64,000 nt of DNA from a virus. Positions within the stretch are counted from its first letter, which is position 1; the number at the start of each line of letters is the position of its first letter. Below are positions 47,516 through 57,731 of the stretch, piece by piece. The position numbers were made by a program, and so were the translations under genes. The notes below the pieces were generated by a model. The model made no database searches, was not told the origin of the DNA, and saw nothing but the letters and a program-made list of their open reading frames with translations. Location of the stretch: positions 32,001 to 96,000 of IMG/VR virus record IMGVR_UViG_3300025759_000063; one strand, written 5' to 3'.

Positions 47516-50392
47516 TTACAAATAAACTGGTGCTGGTGAACTTGTTACTGGAAGACCATTTGCCCTAGCACTTGATGCAGCAAGACCATAACGTGCTAAA
47601 CTTAAATCTGCACCAGGAACTGCTGCTGTGGTATCAGTGGAATAAGTGACCTTATCCATTGTTGCTAATGGGCCAGTAAGACCACCACCAAAGTAACCAT
47701 TAGTACTGTTTCCTGTTGCAGCAAAAACCCAACGTGCTACACTTAAATCTGCACCAGGAGCTGCTGCTGTTGTATCAGTGGAATAAGTGACCTTATCCAT
47801 TGTTGCTACTGGACCAGGAATACCACCACCAAAGTAACCGTTGGTACTATTGCCTGTTGCAGCAAGATAAAATCTTGCTACACTTAAATTGGCACTAGGA
47901 GCTGCTGCTGTGGTATCAGTGGAATAAGTGACCTTATCCATTATTGCTGTGGTAGGAGAACCACCACCAAAGTAACCGTTGGTACTATTGCCTGTTGCAG
48001 CAAGATAAAATCTTGCTACACTTAAATTGGCACTAGAAGGAAGTGCTCCTGTGGTATCTGTCGAATAAGTGACCTTATCCATTATTGCTGTGTTAGGAGA
48101 ACCACCACCAAAGTAACCATTGGTACTATTACCTGTTGCAGCAAGATAAAAGCGTGCTACACTTAAATCTGCACTAGGAACTGCTGCTGTGGTATCTGTT
48201 GAATAAGTGACCTTATCCATTGTTGCTGTGATAGGAGAAGCACCACCACCAAAGTAACCATTGGTACTATTACCTGTTGCTGCGACGCCATAACGTGCTG
48301 CACTTAAATTGGCACCAGGAGCTGCTGCTGTTGTATCAGTGGAATAAGTGACCTTATCCATTGTTGCTACTGGACCAGGAACACCACCACCAAAGTAACC
48401 AGTGTTTGGTGATTGAGCAGAAAAAGTAGAAGATGTTGGAGTTGGTGCTGGAGGTTCTATTACAGGAAGTCCATTTGCCCTAGCACTTGATGCGCCAAGA
48501 TTTGCGCGGCCAAGACTTAAATTGGCACTAGAAGGAAGTGCTCCTGTGGTATCTGTTGAATAAGTGACCTTATCCGTTGCTGCTGTGGTAGGCTGCCCAC
48601 CACCAAAGTAACCATTGGTACTGTTACCTGTTGCAGCAGGATAAGAACGTGCTACACTTAAATCTGCACCAGGAACTGCTGCTCTGGTATCAGTGGAATA
48701 AGTGACCTTATCCATTGTTGCTGTGGTAGGAAGACCCCCACCAAAGTAACCATTGGTACTATTACCTGTTGCAGCAAGTACACGACGTGCTACACTTAAA
48801 TCTGCACCAGGAACTGCTGCTGTGGTATCTGTCGAATAAGTGACCTTATCCATTGTTGTTACGTCATTGGAAGAAGACCTACCACCACCAAAGTAACCAT
48901 TAGTACTATTACCTGTTGCAGCAACACCAAAACGTGCTACACTTAAATCTGCACCAGGAACTGCTGCTGTGGTATCAGTGGAATAAGTGACCTTATCCAT
49001 TGTTGATACTGCAGGAAAATCGCCACCACCAAAGTAACCATTGGTACTGTTTCCTGTTGCAGCAACACCATATTTTGCTCCACTTAAATTGGCACTAGAA
49101 GGAAGTGCTGCTGTGGTATCAGTGGAATAAGTGATTTTTTCGATTGATGAAAAACCACTACCACCACCAAAGTAACCATCAGCACCATTACCTGTTGCAG
49201 TAAGACCATTACGTCCTACACTTAAATATGCATTAGGAACTGCTCCTGTGGTATCGTTGGAATAAGTGATCTTATCCACTGTTGTTTTTGGACCAAAGAT
49301 ATCACCACTACCAAAGTAACCAGTGTTTGGAGTTGAAAAAATTCCATCAGAAAATCTATTTGGAGGCAAACTTAAAGGTTCTGAAGAAAATGTTCCTGTT
49401 GGAAGTCCATTTGCCCTAGCACTTGATGCAGCAAGAAAACCGCGTGCTACACTTAAATCTGCACCAGGAACTGCTGCTGTGGTATCTGTTGAATAAGTGA
49501 CCTTATCCATTGTTGCTGTGAGAGGAAAACCACCACCACCAAAGTAACCATTGGTACTGTTGCCTGTTGCGCCATAACCATAACGCTCTAAACTTAAATT
49601 TGCACTAGAAGGAAGTGCTCCTGTGGTATCAGTGGAATAAGTGACCTTATCCATTATTGATGCTGATGGACCAGTACCAGCACCAAAGTAACCATTAGTA
49701 CTATTACCTGTTGCAGCAAGACTATGTCGTGCTAGACTTAAATCTGCACCAGGAACTGCTGCTGTGGTATCTGTTGAATAAGTGACCTTATCCATTGTTG
49801 ACCTTGAACCCGGAAGACCACCACCAAAGTAACCATTAGTACTATTACCTGTTGCAGCAAGATTAAAACGTGCCAAACTTAAATCTGCACCAGGAACTGC
49901 TGCTGTGGTATCAGTGGAATAAGTGACCTTATCCATTGTTGCTGTGGTAGAAGGGAGTCTACCACCACCAAAGTAACCATTGGTACTATTACCTGTTGCG
50001 CCATGACTAAAACGTACTGCAGTTAAATTTGCACTAGGTGATCTTAATGTGGTCTCTGTCACATAATTTACCTTATCCATTATTGATACCGCAGAAGGAG
50101 TGCCACCCCCACCAAAGTAACCATTATTATTATTTCCTGTAGCGGCAATATATCTACGACCACCAGTTAAATTTGCACCAGGAACTGCTACTGTGGTATC
50201 TGTTGAATAAGTGACCTTATCCATTGTTGCAGTTACGGCGGGAGTAATACCACCACCAAAATAACCAGTGTTTGGAGTAGAAGTCAAAAATGGTGAGGGT
50301 GATATCCAAACCTCATCCAGAGGAATACCATTATCAGTAACTTTTAAATTATATATTTTTTTAAATGTAAATATCCCTCTGGTATCAGGCAT
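47516..50392 (-). CDS. Kelch-like triple beta-propeller protein (18 blades), paralogue 2
   Basis: Same architecture; CTAAATA at 50426-50432. Confidence 0.8.
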   Translation of the reverse strand: MPDTRGIFTFKKIYNLKVTDNGIPLDEVWISPSPFLTSTPNTGYFGGGITPAVTATMDKVTYSTDTTVAVPGANLTGGRRYIAATGNNNNGYFGGGGTPSAVSIMDKVNYVTETTLRSPSANLTAVRFSHGATGNSTNGYFGGGRLPSTTATMDKVTYSTDTTAAVPGADLSLARFNLAATGNSTNGYFGGGLPGSRSTMDKVTYSTDTTAAVPGADLSLARHSLAATGNSTNGYFGAGTGPSASIMDKVTYSTDTTGALPSSANLSLERYGYGATGNSTNGYFGGGGFPLTATMDKVTYSTDTTAAVPGADLSVARGFLAASSARANGLPTGTFSSEPLSLPPNRFSDGIFSTPNTGYFGSGDIFGPKTTVDKITYSNDTTGAVPNAYLSVGRNGLTATGNGADGYFGGGSGFSSIEKITYSTDTTAALPSSANLSGAKYGVAATGNSTNGYFGGGDFPAVSTMDKVTYSTDTTAAVPGADLSVARFGVAATGNSTNGYFGGGRSSSNDVTTMDKVTYSTDTTAAVPGADLSVARRVLAATGNSTNGYFGGGLPTTATMDKVTYSTDTRAAVPGADLSVARSYPAATGNSTNGYFGGGQPTTAATDKVTYSTDTTGALPSSANLSLGRANLGASSARANGLPVIEPPAPTPTSSTFSAQSPNTGYFGGGVPGPVATMDKVTYSTDTTAAAPGANLSAARYGVAATGNSTNGYFGGGASPITATMDKVTYSTDTTAAVPSADLSVARFYLAATGNSTNGYFGGGSPNTAIMDKVTYSTDTTGALPSSANLSVARFYLAATGNSTNGYFGGGSPTTAIMDKVTYSTDTTAAAPSANLSVARFYLAATGNSTNGYFGGGIPGPVATMDKVTYSTDTTAAAPGADLSVARWVFAATGNSTNGYFGGGLTGPLATMDKVTYSTDTTAAVPGADLSLARYGLAASSARANGLPVTSSPAPVYL

Positions 50393-50456
50393 GATTTATT
50401 GATATTTTTTGATACTTAATATTATTATTTAGATTATGTAATTGTGATTTGTGATA

Positions 50457-53297
50457 TTACAAATAAACTGGTGCTGCTAATGGAAGTCCATTTGCCCTAG
50501 CACTTGATGCGGTAACATACCTACGTTCCACGGTTAAATATGCACCAGGAACGTCTGCTGTGGTATCAGTAGAATAAGTGACCTTATCCATTGTTGATAA
50601 TACTGGACTAGTTCTACCACCACCAAAGTAACCGCTGGTACTATTACCTGTTGCCCCAAGACCATTACGTGCTAAAGTTAAATTCGCACCAGGAACTGCT
50701 GCTGTGGTATCAGTGGAATAAGTGACCTTATCCATTGTTGACTTTGAACCAGGAGTACCACCACCAAAGTAACCATTGGTACTGTTACCTGTTGCAGCAG
50801 TAACCCAACGTGCTACACTTAAATTTGCACTAGAAGGAAGTGTTGATGTTGTATCGTTAGAATAAGTGACCTTATCAATTGTTACTAAGATAGGAACTCC
50901 CCCACCACCAAAATAACCATTGGTAGTGTTGCCTGTTGCAGAAATTCTATTAAATTCATTAATTAAATTGGCACTAGGAGCTGCTGCTGTGGTATCAGTG
51001 GAATAAGTGACCTTATCCATTGTTGATACTTTACCGGGAGATGAACCACCACCAAAGTAACCATTAGTACTATTACCTGTTGCGCCATGACCATATCTTG
51101 CTACACTTAAATCTGCACCAGGAACTGCTGCTGTGGTATCAGTGGAATAAGTGACCTTATCCATTGTTGCTACTGGACCAGGAAACCCACCACCAAAGTA
51201 ACCATTGGTGCCGTTACCTGTAGCAGTAGTGTAACGTGCTGCACTTAAATTGGCACTAGGAGCTGCTGCTGTGGTATCTGTTGAATAAGTGACCTTATCC
51301 ATTATTGCTGTAGTACCGGGAAGAAGTTCACCACCACCAAAGTAACCAGTGTTTGGTAATTGAGCAGAAACAGTAGAAGATGTTGGAGTTGGTGCTGGAG
51401 GTTCTATTGCAGGAAGTCCATTTTCCCTAGCACTTGATGCAGCAAGAGCACGCCGTGCTACACTTAAATCTGCACCAGGAACTGCTGCTGTTGTATCAGT
51501 AGAATAAGTGACCTTATCCATTGTTGATACTGGAACAGAATTACCACCACCAAAGTAACCATTGGTACTATTACCTGTTGCAGCAACATAAAATCTTGCT
51601 ACACTTAAATTGGCACTAGGAGCTGCTGCTGTTGTATCAGTGGAATAAGTGACCTTATCCATTATTGCTGTACTAGGATTACCACCACCAAAGTAACCGT
51701 TGGTACTATTACCTGTTGCAGCAAGACCATAACGTGCTACACTTAAATCTGCACCAGGAACTGCTGCTGTGGTATCAGTGGAATAAGTGACCTTATCCAT
51801 TGTTGCGAATGGACCAGGCTGCCCACCACCAAAGTAACCATTGGTACTGTTACCTGTTGCAGCAATAAAACCGCGTGCTACACTTAAATCTGCACTAGAA
51901 GGAAGTGCTGCTGTGGTATCAGTGGAATAAGTGACCTTATCCATTGTTGCTGTGGTATCAGGGATTCTACCACCACCAAAGTAACCATTGGTACTATTGC
52001 CTGTTGCAGCATGAACATAGCGTGCTACACTTAAATCTGCACTAGGAGCTGCTGCTGTGGTATCTGTTGAATAAGTGACCTTATCCATTGTTGCTGTGAT
52101 AGGAGTACCACCACCAAAGTAACCATTAGTACTATTACCTGTTGCAGCAGGATAAGCACGTGCTACACTTAAATTGGCATTAGGAACTGCTGCTGTGGTA
52201 TCAGTAGAATAAGTGACCTTATCCATTGTTGCTGTGTTAGGAGCACCACCACCAAAGTAACCAGTGTTTGGTGTCGGAAGAGCACCATCAGAAAATCTAG
52301 TTGCTAGAGGTTCTATTACAGGAAGTCCATTTGCCCTAGCACTTGATGCGCCACGATATCTTTTTGCTGCACTTAATGGAGATGATGTGAGTTCTGATAC
52401 GGTCTCTGTCGAGTAATTAATCTTATCTAGAGTTGCTTTGCTAGGACTACCACCAGCAAAGTATCCGTCTGTTGAGTTTCCAGATCCAGTTATTCCATCC
52501 CCGGTATCACTTAAATAGACGCTAGGAACTGCTACTGTAGTATCAGTGGAATAAGTGATCTTATCTATTGTTGATACTGTACCAGGAATATTACCACCAG
52601 CAAAGTATCCGTGTGTTGAGTTTCCTGCTGCACCAAGTCCGCGACGTGCTGAACTTACATTGCCACTAGAAGGAAGTGCTCCTGTGGTATCAGTAGAATA
52701 AGTGACCTTATCCATTGTTGCTACATAGGGGCCGGGAAGATTGTCACCACCACCAAAGTAACCGTTGGTACTATTGCCTGTTGCAGCAAGAAAATATCTT
52801 CCTTGCGTTAAATCTGCACCAGGAACTGCTGCTGTGGTATCTGTAGAATAAGTGATCTTATCCATTGTTGATTTTTGTAAACGTCCCCCACCAAAGTAAC
52901 CGTTGGTACTATTGCCTGTTGCAGCAAGACCATAACGTGCTGCACTTAAATTGGCACTAGGAGCTGCTACTGTGGTATCAGTGGAATAAGTGACCTTATC
53001 CATTGTTGCTGCGGTAGGACTACCACCACCAAAGTAACCGTTGGTACCATTACCTGTTGCAGCAAGACCATAACGTGCTACACTTAAATCTGCACCAGGA
53101 ACTGCTCCTGTAGTATCTGTTGAATAAGTGACCTTATCCATTGTTGATACTGTAGGAAAACCGCCACCACCAAAGTAACCAGTGTTTGGAGAACTTGGGG
53201 GAGGTACTATCCAAACTTCATCCAGAGGAACCCATTGATTGGAAAGTTTAAATTCGGATATATCTTGAAAAGAAAATATTCCTCTGGTATCAGGCAT
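50457..53297 (-). CDS. Kelch-like triple beta-propeller protein (18 blades), paralogue 3
   Basis: Same architecture; CTAAATA at 53331-53337. Confidence 0.8.
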   Translation of the reverse strand: MPDTRGIFSFQDISEFKLSNQWVPLDEVWIVPPPSSPNTGYFGGGGFPTVSTMDKVTYSTDTTGAVPGADLSVARYGLAATGNGTNGYFGGGSPTAATMDKVTYSTDTTVAAPSANLSAARYGLAATGNSTNGYFGGGRLQKSTMDKITYSTDTTAAVPGADLTQGRYFLAATGNSTNGYFGGGDNLPGPYVATMDKVTYSTDTTGALPSSGNVSSARRGLGAAGNSTHGYFAGGNIPGTVSTIDKITYSTDTTVAVPSVYLSDTGDGITGSGNSTDGYFAGGSPSKATLDKINYSTETVSELTSSPLSAAKRYRGASSARANGLPVIEPLATRFSDGALPTPNTGYFGGGAPNTATMDKVTYSTDTTAAVPNANLSVARAYPAATGNSTNGYFGGGTPITATMDKVTYSTDTTAAAPSADLSVARYVHAATGNSTNGYFGGGRIPDTTATMDKVTYSTDTTAALPSSADLSVARGFIAATGNSTNGYFGGGQPGPFATMDKVTYSTDTTAAVPGADLSVARYGLAATGNSTNGYFGGGNPSTAIMDKVTYSTDTTAAAPSANLSVARFYVAATGNSTNGYFGGGNSVPVSTMDKVTYSTDTTAAVPGADLSVARRALAASSARENGLPAIEPPAPTPTSSTVSAQLPNTGYFGGGELLPGTTAIMDKVTYSTDTTAAAPSANLSAARYTTATGNGTNGYFGGGFPGPVATMDKVTYSTDTTAAVPGADLSVARYGHGATGNSTNGYFGGGSSPGKVSTMDKVTYSTDTTAAAPSANLINEFNRISATGNTTNGYFGGGGVPILVTIDKVTYSNDTTSTLPSSANLSVARWVTAATGNSTNGYFGGGTPGSKSTMDKVTYSTDTTAAVPGANLTLARNGLGATGNSTSGYFGGGRTSPVLSTMDKVTYSTDTTADVPGAYLTVERRYVTASSARANGLPLAAPVYL

Positions 53298-53790
53298 GAT
53301 TTATTAATATTTTTTGATACTTAATATTATTATTTAGATTGTATGAATGCCAAATATTGCCTTTAAATATAACCATGCGATTATATCTTGCAGGAATGCA
53401 ACCATACTCTTTCCACAATTCTGGATCAGAACTAAAAATATTTTTTAAACAATCTTCTTTAATCTGAAGATATTTAATTTCCTCTTGAGAAGGAAATACC
53501 TCCAAACCAGTTTGTTTATGTGAATAAAATTTAATTCCCAACTCTCCAAATGCTTCTAGGGGTAATGACATATAAATTACGGCAATCCAATCACATTTAA
53601 GATGTGCCACAACCCCAGAATTTGTGTTTTTTTCGTTTGTTGCTTCTATGACACTAATTGGACCACCTAAAATTTGAGATATTTTACCAACAGTCTCATG
53701 AGTAAGTACACATTCGTTCTCAAAAAAACCTCTATGATAGTGATATGGAATATCATAGAAGTCATCAACCACAATTATTCTTTCATTCAT
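53290..53790 (-). CDS. DUF6445-like 2OG-Fe(II)-fold protein (degenerate)
   Basis: IIVVDDFY, YNRMVIF and WHS motifs; HxD motif not intact. Confidence 0.6.
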   Translation of the reverse strand: MNERIIVVDDFYDIPYHYHRGFFENECVLTHETVGKISQILGGPISVIEATNEKNTNSGVVAHLKCDWIAVIYMSLPLEAFGELGIKFYSHKQTGLEVFPSQEEIKYLQIKEDCLKNIFSSDPELWKEYGCIPARYNRMVIFKGNIWHSYNLNNNIKYQKILINHA

Positions 53791-53792
53791 TC

Positions 53793-56240
53793 TTATTTAA
53801 ATCCTTGTCCAAAGATTTTTTTATTTTCTTCCGCTGGTTTAATTGCTGCACCGTATCCCAAGTCAGTTCCGGTTAGTTTCTCATAACCTTTCAACACCTT
53901 ACTTTGTAAGTCTCCAATGAATTCCATACGTCCTCTTTGATCCATAAGTTTATCCATTGGGAGATAACCTTCTTTGAGATTATTTCTTTGATCGATTATT
54001 GATGGTGCAGAAGCACGACGCATTGCTTGAATATTTGCGCCAGAAATTCCAGTTTGTGCTGCCATCAAATCATCCAATGCTTGCTCTGCAAGACGGGTAT
54101 CCCAATAATTTTGATTCTCCTCTAAGAATTGCTCTCTATTTGGAGGATTGCCTCCATTTTGTGCAACAAGTTTTTCGAGAATTTTATCTAAATGTTCCAT
54201 TTGATAAAGTCTATCGCGAATTTCAATTTCACTTCCTTTTAAGTAATGAGTCAGTTCTAATTCATCCAAATCATACCAACAAAGTTTCTTTCCTCCACCA
54301 CCAGGTCCACTAACTTCCCACATAAGAGGTTGGGACTTGTCCTCATGATTTTTCCACTTATATTCAAATTCGCGAACTTTTTCTTTCATTTCAATAAGCT
54401 TAAACATATATCCTGTTGCCATTATGCGACGTTCTTTTAGAATGTGTTCAAAAGAAACAGAGATATTATGAGTGTCGAGACCAATAAACTTTTCTATTTG
54501 GAAGTTAGTTCGACCCTGTGCCATTTCTTTGTCACTTTCTTCCCACTTAAGAACATTTTCAGATGCTTGACGAAGATATTCTTCATCATTCACCGCCTTT
54601 TTAGAATCTATGGGATTATAAGTCAACGCGGAAGAGTTTTCAGTAGACATAGTTTTTTCTTTCATTTTTGATTGACGTGTTGCAAAAAATATTCCTGTTT
54701 TATAAGGCGTATTTTCTATATTATGTATAATGAAATTTTTACTTTCCAAAAATTGAATTAAATCCTTTATGGTTTTTCCTTCAATATCAAAATTTGTATG
54801 GCAAGAAGATAATTCATGATATTCACCAACAATATTCTCAATTTTCTCAATAAGACTTGAATTCATTAGTATTTCATACTCAGAACCTTCAGCATCAATT
54901 TTGAGTAGACTCACTTTCTCAAAATCTTTCAGTATGTAGTCAAGAGAAACTGTTTTTACATTTACTTCTTCAATTTTTTCTGGAAAGTCTATGGATTGTG
55001 GATGTTTGTAAAAAGAATTTACGCCTGTGTTATAGCAATTATGGTTATAAAATATAACATTTTCTGAGTTTTCTTTCCAAACTGCTATATTATTTGCTTT
55101 CCACCCTTCATAATTCTTGAGATTTTTTAGGAGATATTCGTAGTTATTCTTATTTGCCTCATAACATGTAATATTTTTACATCCTTTATCTAAACATAAC
55201 TTGGCAAAATATCCACGATGGGAACCAATATCAATAACAATATCATTTTCTGAAAATTCTTTTATTTTATATTCATTCTTTAAATATACTTCTTTATAAA
55301 TTTCAGAATCGAAACTATCTGGTTGAAAGTAAACTTGAGTAATTTGAACAATTAGATTCCTCCACTGCTCTGCAATATCTTTCCAATTGTACTTTTCTAC
55401 AACATGATCTGATATAATCTTTGAAACTTCTTTATAAAATTTAGGTTGATGATCATAATAATCAAGTGCTTTACAGCAAGCATTTGTAAAATCTATGATA
55501 AATTTATCAGTAATTTTCCACCCACTTGAAGTGTTCTCGCCATCAATGGGAACAACTGTTGCATTTCTTTCTCCAGCAACCTCAGAAAGTGCTCCAATAT
55601 TTGTAATTATTGGATAAGAACCGCAACGCATTGCTTCTCCCATTGAAACTCCAAATGTCTCCTCCCAAATACAAGGGTGGATAAAAAATGCAGATTCTTG
55701 ATATTGCTTTACTAGGTCTTCCCTATCAACTGCTTCAGAATATTCAACATTTGGTATTTTTTTTAGATGATCATAAATGCTTAAAAAATTATCTGGTCCA
55801 GGTCCATATAATGACATTGATGAAAAGATTTTAAACTTTACATCAGGATGTTGTTCTTGAATTCTTGGAATGACTTTTGCCAACACTTCCAAACCTTTAT
55901 ATGGTACAGAAGTATAGATCATTGTTTTTGTTTTTTTATCTGAATAAGAAAACATATCTGCAACACCATTTGGTATTACACTGATCTTGTCTTCTGGAAC
56001 ATTGTGGTGTATAATAAACTGTTCCTTATTCCATTGAGACGGAGAAACAATGTGATTTACAATATTGTGATCAAAATCTAAAAATAATGGTTGGTCATAA
56101 GCATGATGTGCCCATAAAATTTTGTATTCTTGATTTGATTTTTTTATTTCTTGTGGAATATGAGAAACAAATACATTCTCCGGAAATGAATAATGCTCTT
56201 GTAGATAAAAATAAGATGTTTCAGTTGCTCCAGATTTCAT
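53793..56240 (-). CDS. Fusion: GT-B glycosyltransferase + FkbM methyltransferase + helical C-terminal domain
   Basis: VIPNG, YTSVPYKGL, WEETFG...EAM.CG; VIDIGSHRG, LLKIDAEGSEYEIL; helical tail starting at MKEKTMST. Confidence 0.8.
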   Translation of the reverse strand: MKSGATETSYFYLQEHYSFPENVFVSHIPQEIKKSNQEYKILWAHHAYDQPLFLDFDHNIVNHIVSPSQWNKEQFIIHHNVPEDKISVIPNGVADMFSYSDKKTKTMIYTSVPYKGLEVLAKVIPRIQEQHPDVKFKIFSSMSLYGPGPDNFLSIYDHLKKIPNVEYSEAVDREDLVKQYQESAFFIHPCIWEETFGVSMGEAMRCGSYPIITNIGALSEVAGERNATVVPIDGENTSSGWKITDKFIIDFTNACCKALDYYDHQPKFYKEVSKIISDHVVEKYNWKDIAEQWRNLIVQITQVYFQPDSFDSEIYKEVYLKNEYKIKEFSENDIVIDIGSHRGYFAKLCLDKGCKNITCYEANKNNYEYLLKNLKNYEGWKANNIAVWKENSENVIFYNHNCYNTGVNSFYKHPQSIDFPEKIEEVNVKTVSLDYILKDFEKVSLLKIDAEGSEYEILMNSSLIEKIENIVGEYHELSSCHTNFDIEGKTIKDLIQFLESKNFIIHNIENTPYKTGIFFATRQSKMKEKTMSTENSSALTYNPIDSKKAVNDEEYLRQASENVLKWEESDKEMAQGRTNFQIEKFIGLDTHNISVSFEHILKERRIMATGYMFKLIEMKEKVREFEYKWKNHEDKSQPLMWEVSGPGGGGKKLCWYDLDELELTHYLKGSEIEIRDRLYQMEHLDKILEKLVAQNGGNPPNREQFLEENQNYWDTRLAEQALDDLMAAQTGISGANIQAMRRASAPSIIDQRNNLKEGYLPMDKLMDQRGRMEFIGDLQSKVLKGYEKLTGTDLGYGAAIKPAEENKKIFGQGFK

Positions 56241-56244
56241 AATA

Positions 56245-56898
56245 CTACCCCTGATAAATGTGATAACCTGTGTGATTTAAATGAATACTTGTGTCTAACC
56301 AAATATCATATCCTACTTGCGAAGCTCTGTAAAAAAAACTTTTGTCCTCCGACATAAACCCATTTTTGGACTTATGTTCAGCAAAATAATGATATGAGTT
56401 TCTAATTTCTCCACATGTGTGTGGAGTATCTGAATGATAGTCCGAAGGAATATATTTTAGATCTGGATATTTTCTTGCAATTTCTAAGAATACCTGGCGA
56501 TGAATGAGAACAAATCCCATTCCATTTCCATTTATTTTAAGTAAATTACCATCTCTTCTTTCTGGTTGAGATACTTCTACACAATATCTTTCCGGGATTA
56601 CCTTCATTGGATAAGCACCAGATACTATTGGAACTTGATGTGAAAGTAGTTTAATTACATCTTCAGATTCGAATCCAATATCACTATCCAAGAAGAGAAG
56701 ATAATCATGTTCTGTATTGTTAATAAAAAAATTTGCTATCTTTGACCTTGCCTGAGTAATCAAAGATGAGTTGGAAAGGGTTAACAACCCATGATTTATA
56801 TCATTTCTAATTAATGTTTTTCCTAAATTAAACAATCCAACAGTTGTCTTTTCACTTACAACCCCACCTCCGCAGGGTAATCCTATCATTATACCCAT
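56245..56898 (-). CDS. GT-A fold glycosyltransferase-like protein
   Basis: SLITQAR, LLFLDSDIGF, GAYPMK, SEDKSF and H.G motifs. Confidence 0.72.
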   Translation of the reverse strand: MGIMIGLPCGGGVVSEKTTVGLFNLGKTLIRNDINHGLLTLSNSSLITQARSKIANFFINNTEHDYLLFLDSDIGFESEDVIKLLSHQVPIVSGAYPMKVIPERYCVEVSQPERRDGNLLKINGNGMGFVLIHRQVFLEIARKYPDLKYIPSDYHSDTPHTCGEIRNSYHYFAEHKSKNGFMSEDKSFFYRASQVGYDIWLDTSIHLNHTGYHIYQG

Positions 56899-56900
56899 AA

Positions 56901-57731
56901 TTAATAATACCTATGATTATAATTTTTCCAGTATTCTAAGTTGCTGTAGGTATTTATGATCTCTTGGGATAAAACATCTTGAGGTGATTTTGATTTTTTT
57001 TCAAGTCTTTTTCTTACATGATGCATGTCCTTGAGATACCATTGGTCATCAATCTCTCTATGAGTATTCTCAATATTGTTAAAATTGTGAGAATAGTAAT
57101 CCAACTCTAAGAAATTGTAGATATCTGCCAATGTTTTTTCTGGGAAATTAATCAAATCTTCATATTCTACCATGTGTAGATATTTTTTACCATCACCCCT
57201 TATAAAAGCTTGAGATTGAGCCCACAATGCTTGTTCGACAATCCCATCTTTACTCATCAAATAATGGCAACGATTGTCATTGTTGATTGGTAAATTATGT
57301 TCAATAAGATATTGGTCTACGAATGATACCTGATCTGAATTACGATTTATTAATTCAATGAAAGATGTCAATATTTCTGTAATATTTCTTACTGGACAGA
57401 TAATTTTGGGAAAGGGAGTGATAAAAGTTTTTATCATTTCAATGTTGTTACTCCAGGCCCGACAATGATCTATAATTATTGGTTTTTCTACTTCCACATA
57501 ATAATTGTTAATAATACTTGAAATGACTTTATGTGCGGACTTTGGTTTTGGGTATCCCAGATATTGTTCACTATCCTTAAAATACTCATTGTTATAATGA
57601 GTTAGTTCTAAAACTGGACTAACGGGTTCTGTATGGAGTATTGGATTTTGATTAAGAATACTCTTTAATAAAGTGCTTCCTGATCTTGGAAGACCCGCCA
57701 TAAAATAATATTTTTTGTTCATGTTCACCAA
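56901..57731 (-). CDS. PAPS-dependent sulfotransferase
   Basis: GLPRSGSTLL (5'-PSB loop), VRNITEILTS (3'-PB) and VEYEDL motifs. Confidence 0.88.
   Translation of the reverse strand: MVNMNKKYYFMAGLPRSGSTLLKSILNQNPILHTEPVSPVLELTHYNNEYFKDSEQYLGYPKPKSAHKVISSIINNYYVEVEKPIIIDHCRAWSNNIEMIKTFITPFPKIICPVRNITEILTSFIELINRNSDQVSFVDQYLIEHNLPINNDNRCHYLMSKDGIVEQALWAQSQAFIRGDGKKYLHMVEYEDLINFPEKTLADIYNFLELDYYSHNFNNIENTHREIDDQWYLKDMHHVRKRLEKKSKSPQDVLSQEIINTYSNLEYWKNYNHRYY

Noticed and set aside
44626-53297. Diversity-generating retroelement or CRISPR
   Set aside because: No reverse transcriptase or non-coding template repeat seen; variation includes in-frame length changes and is not adenine-restricted; repeats are all coding
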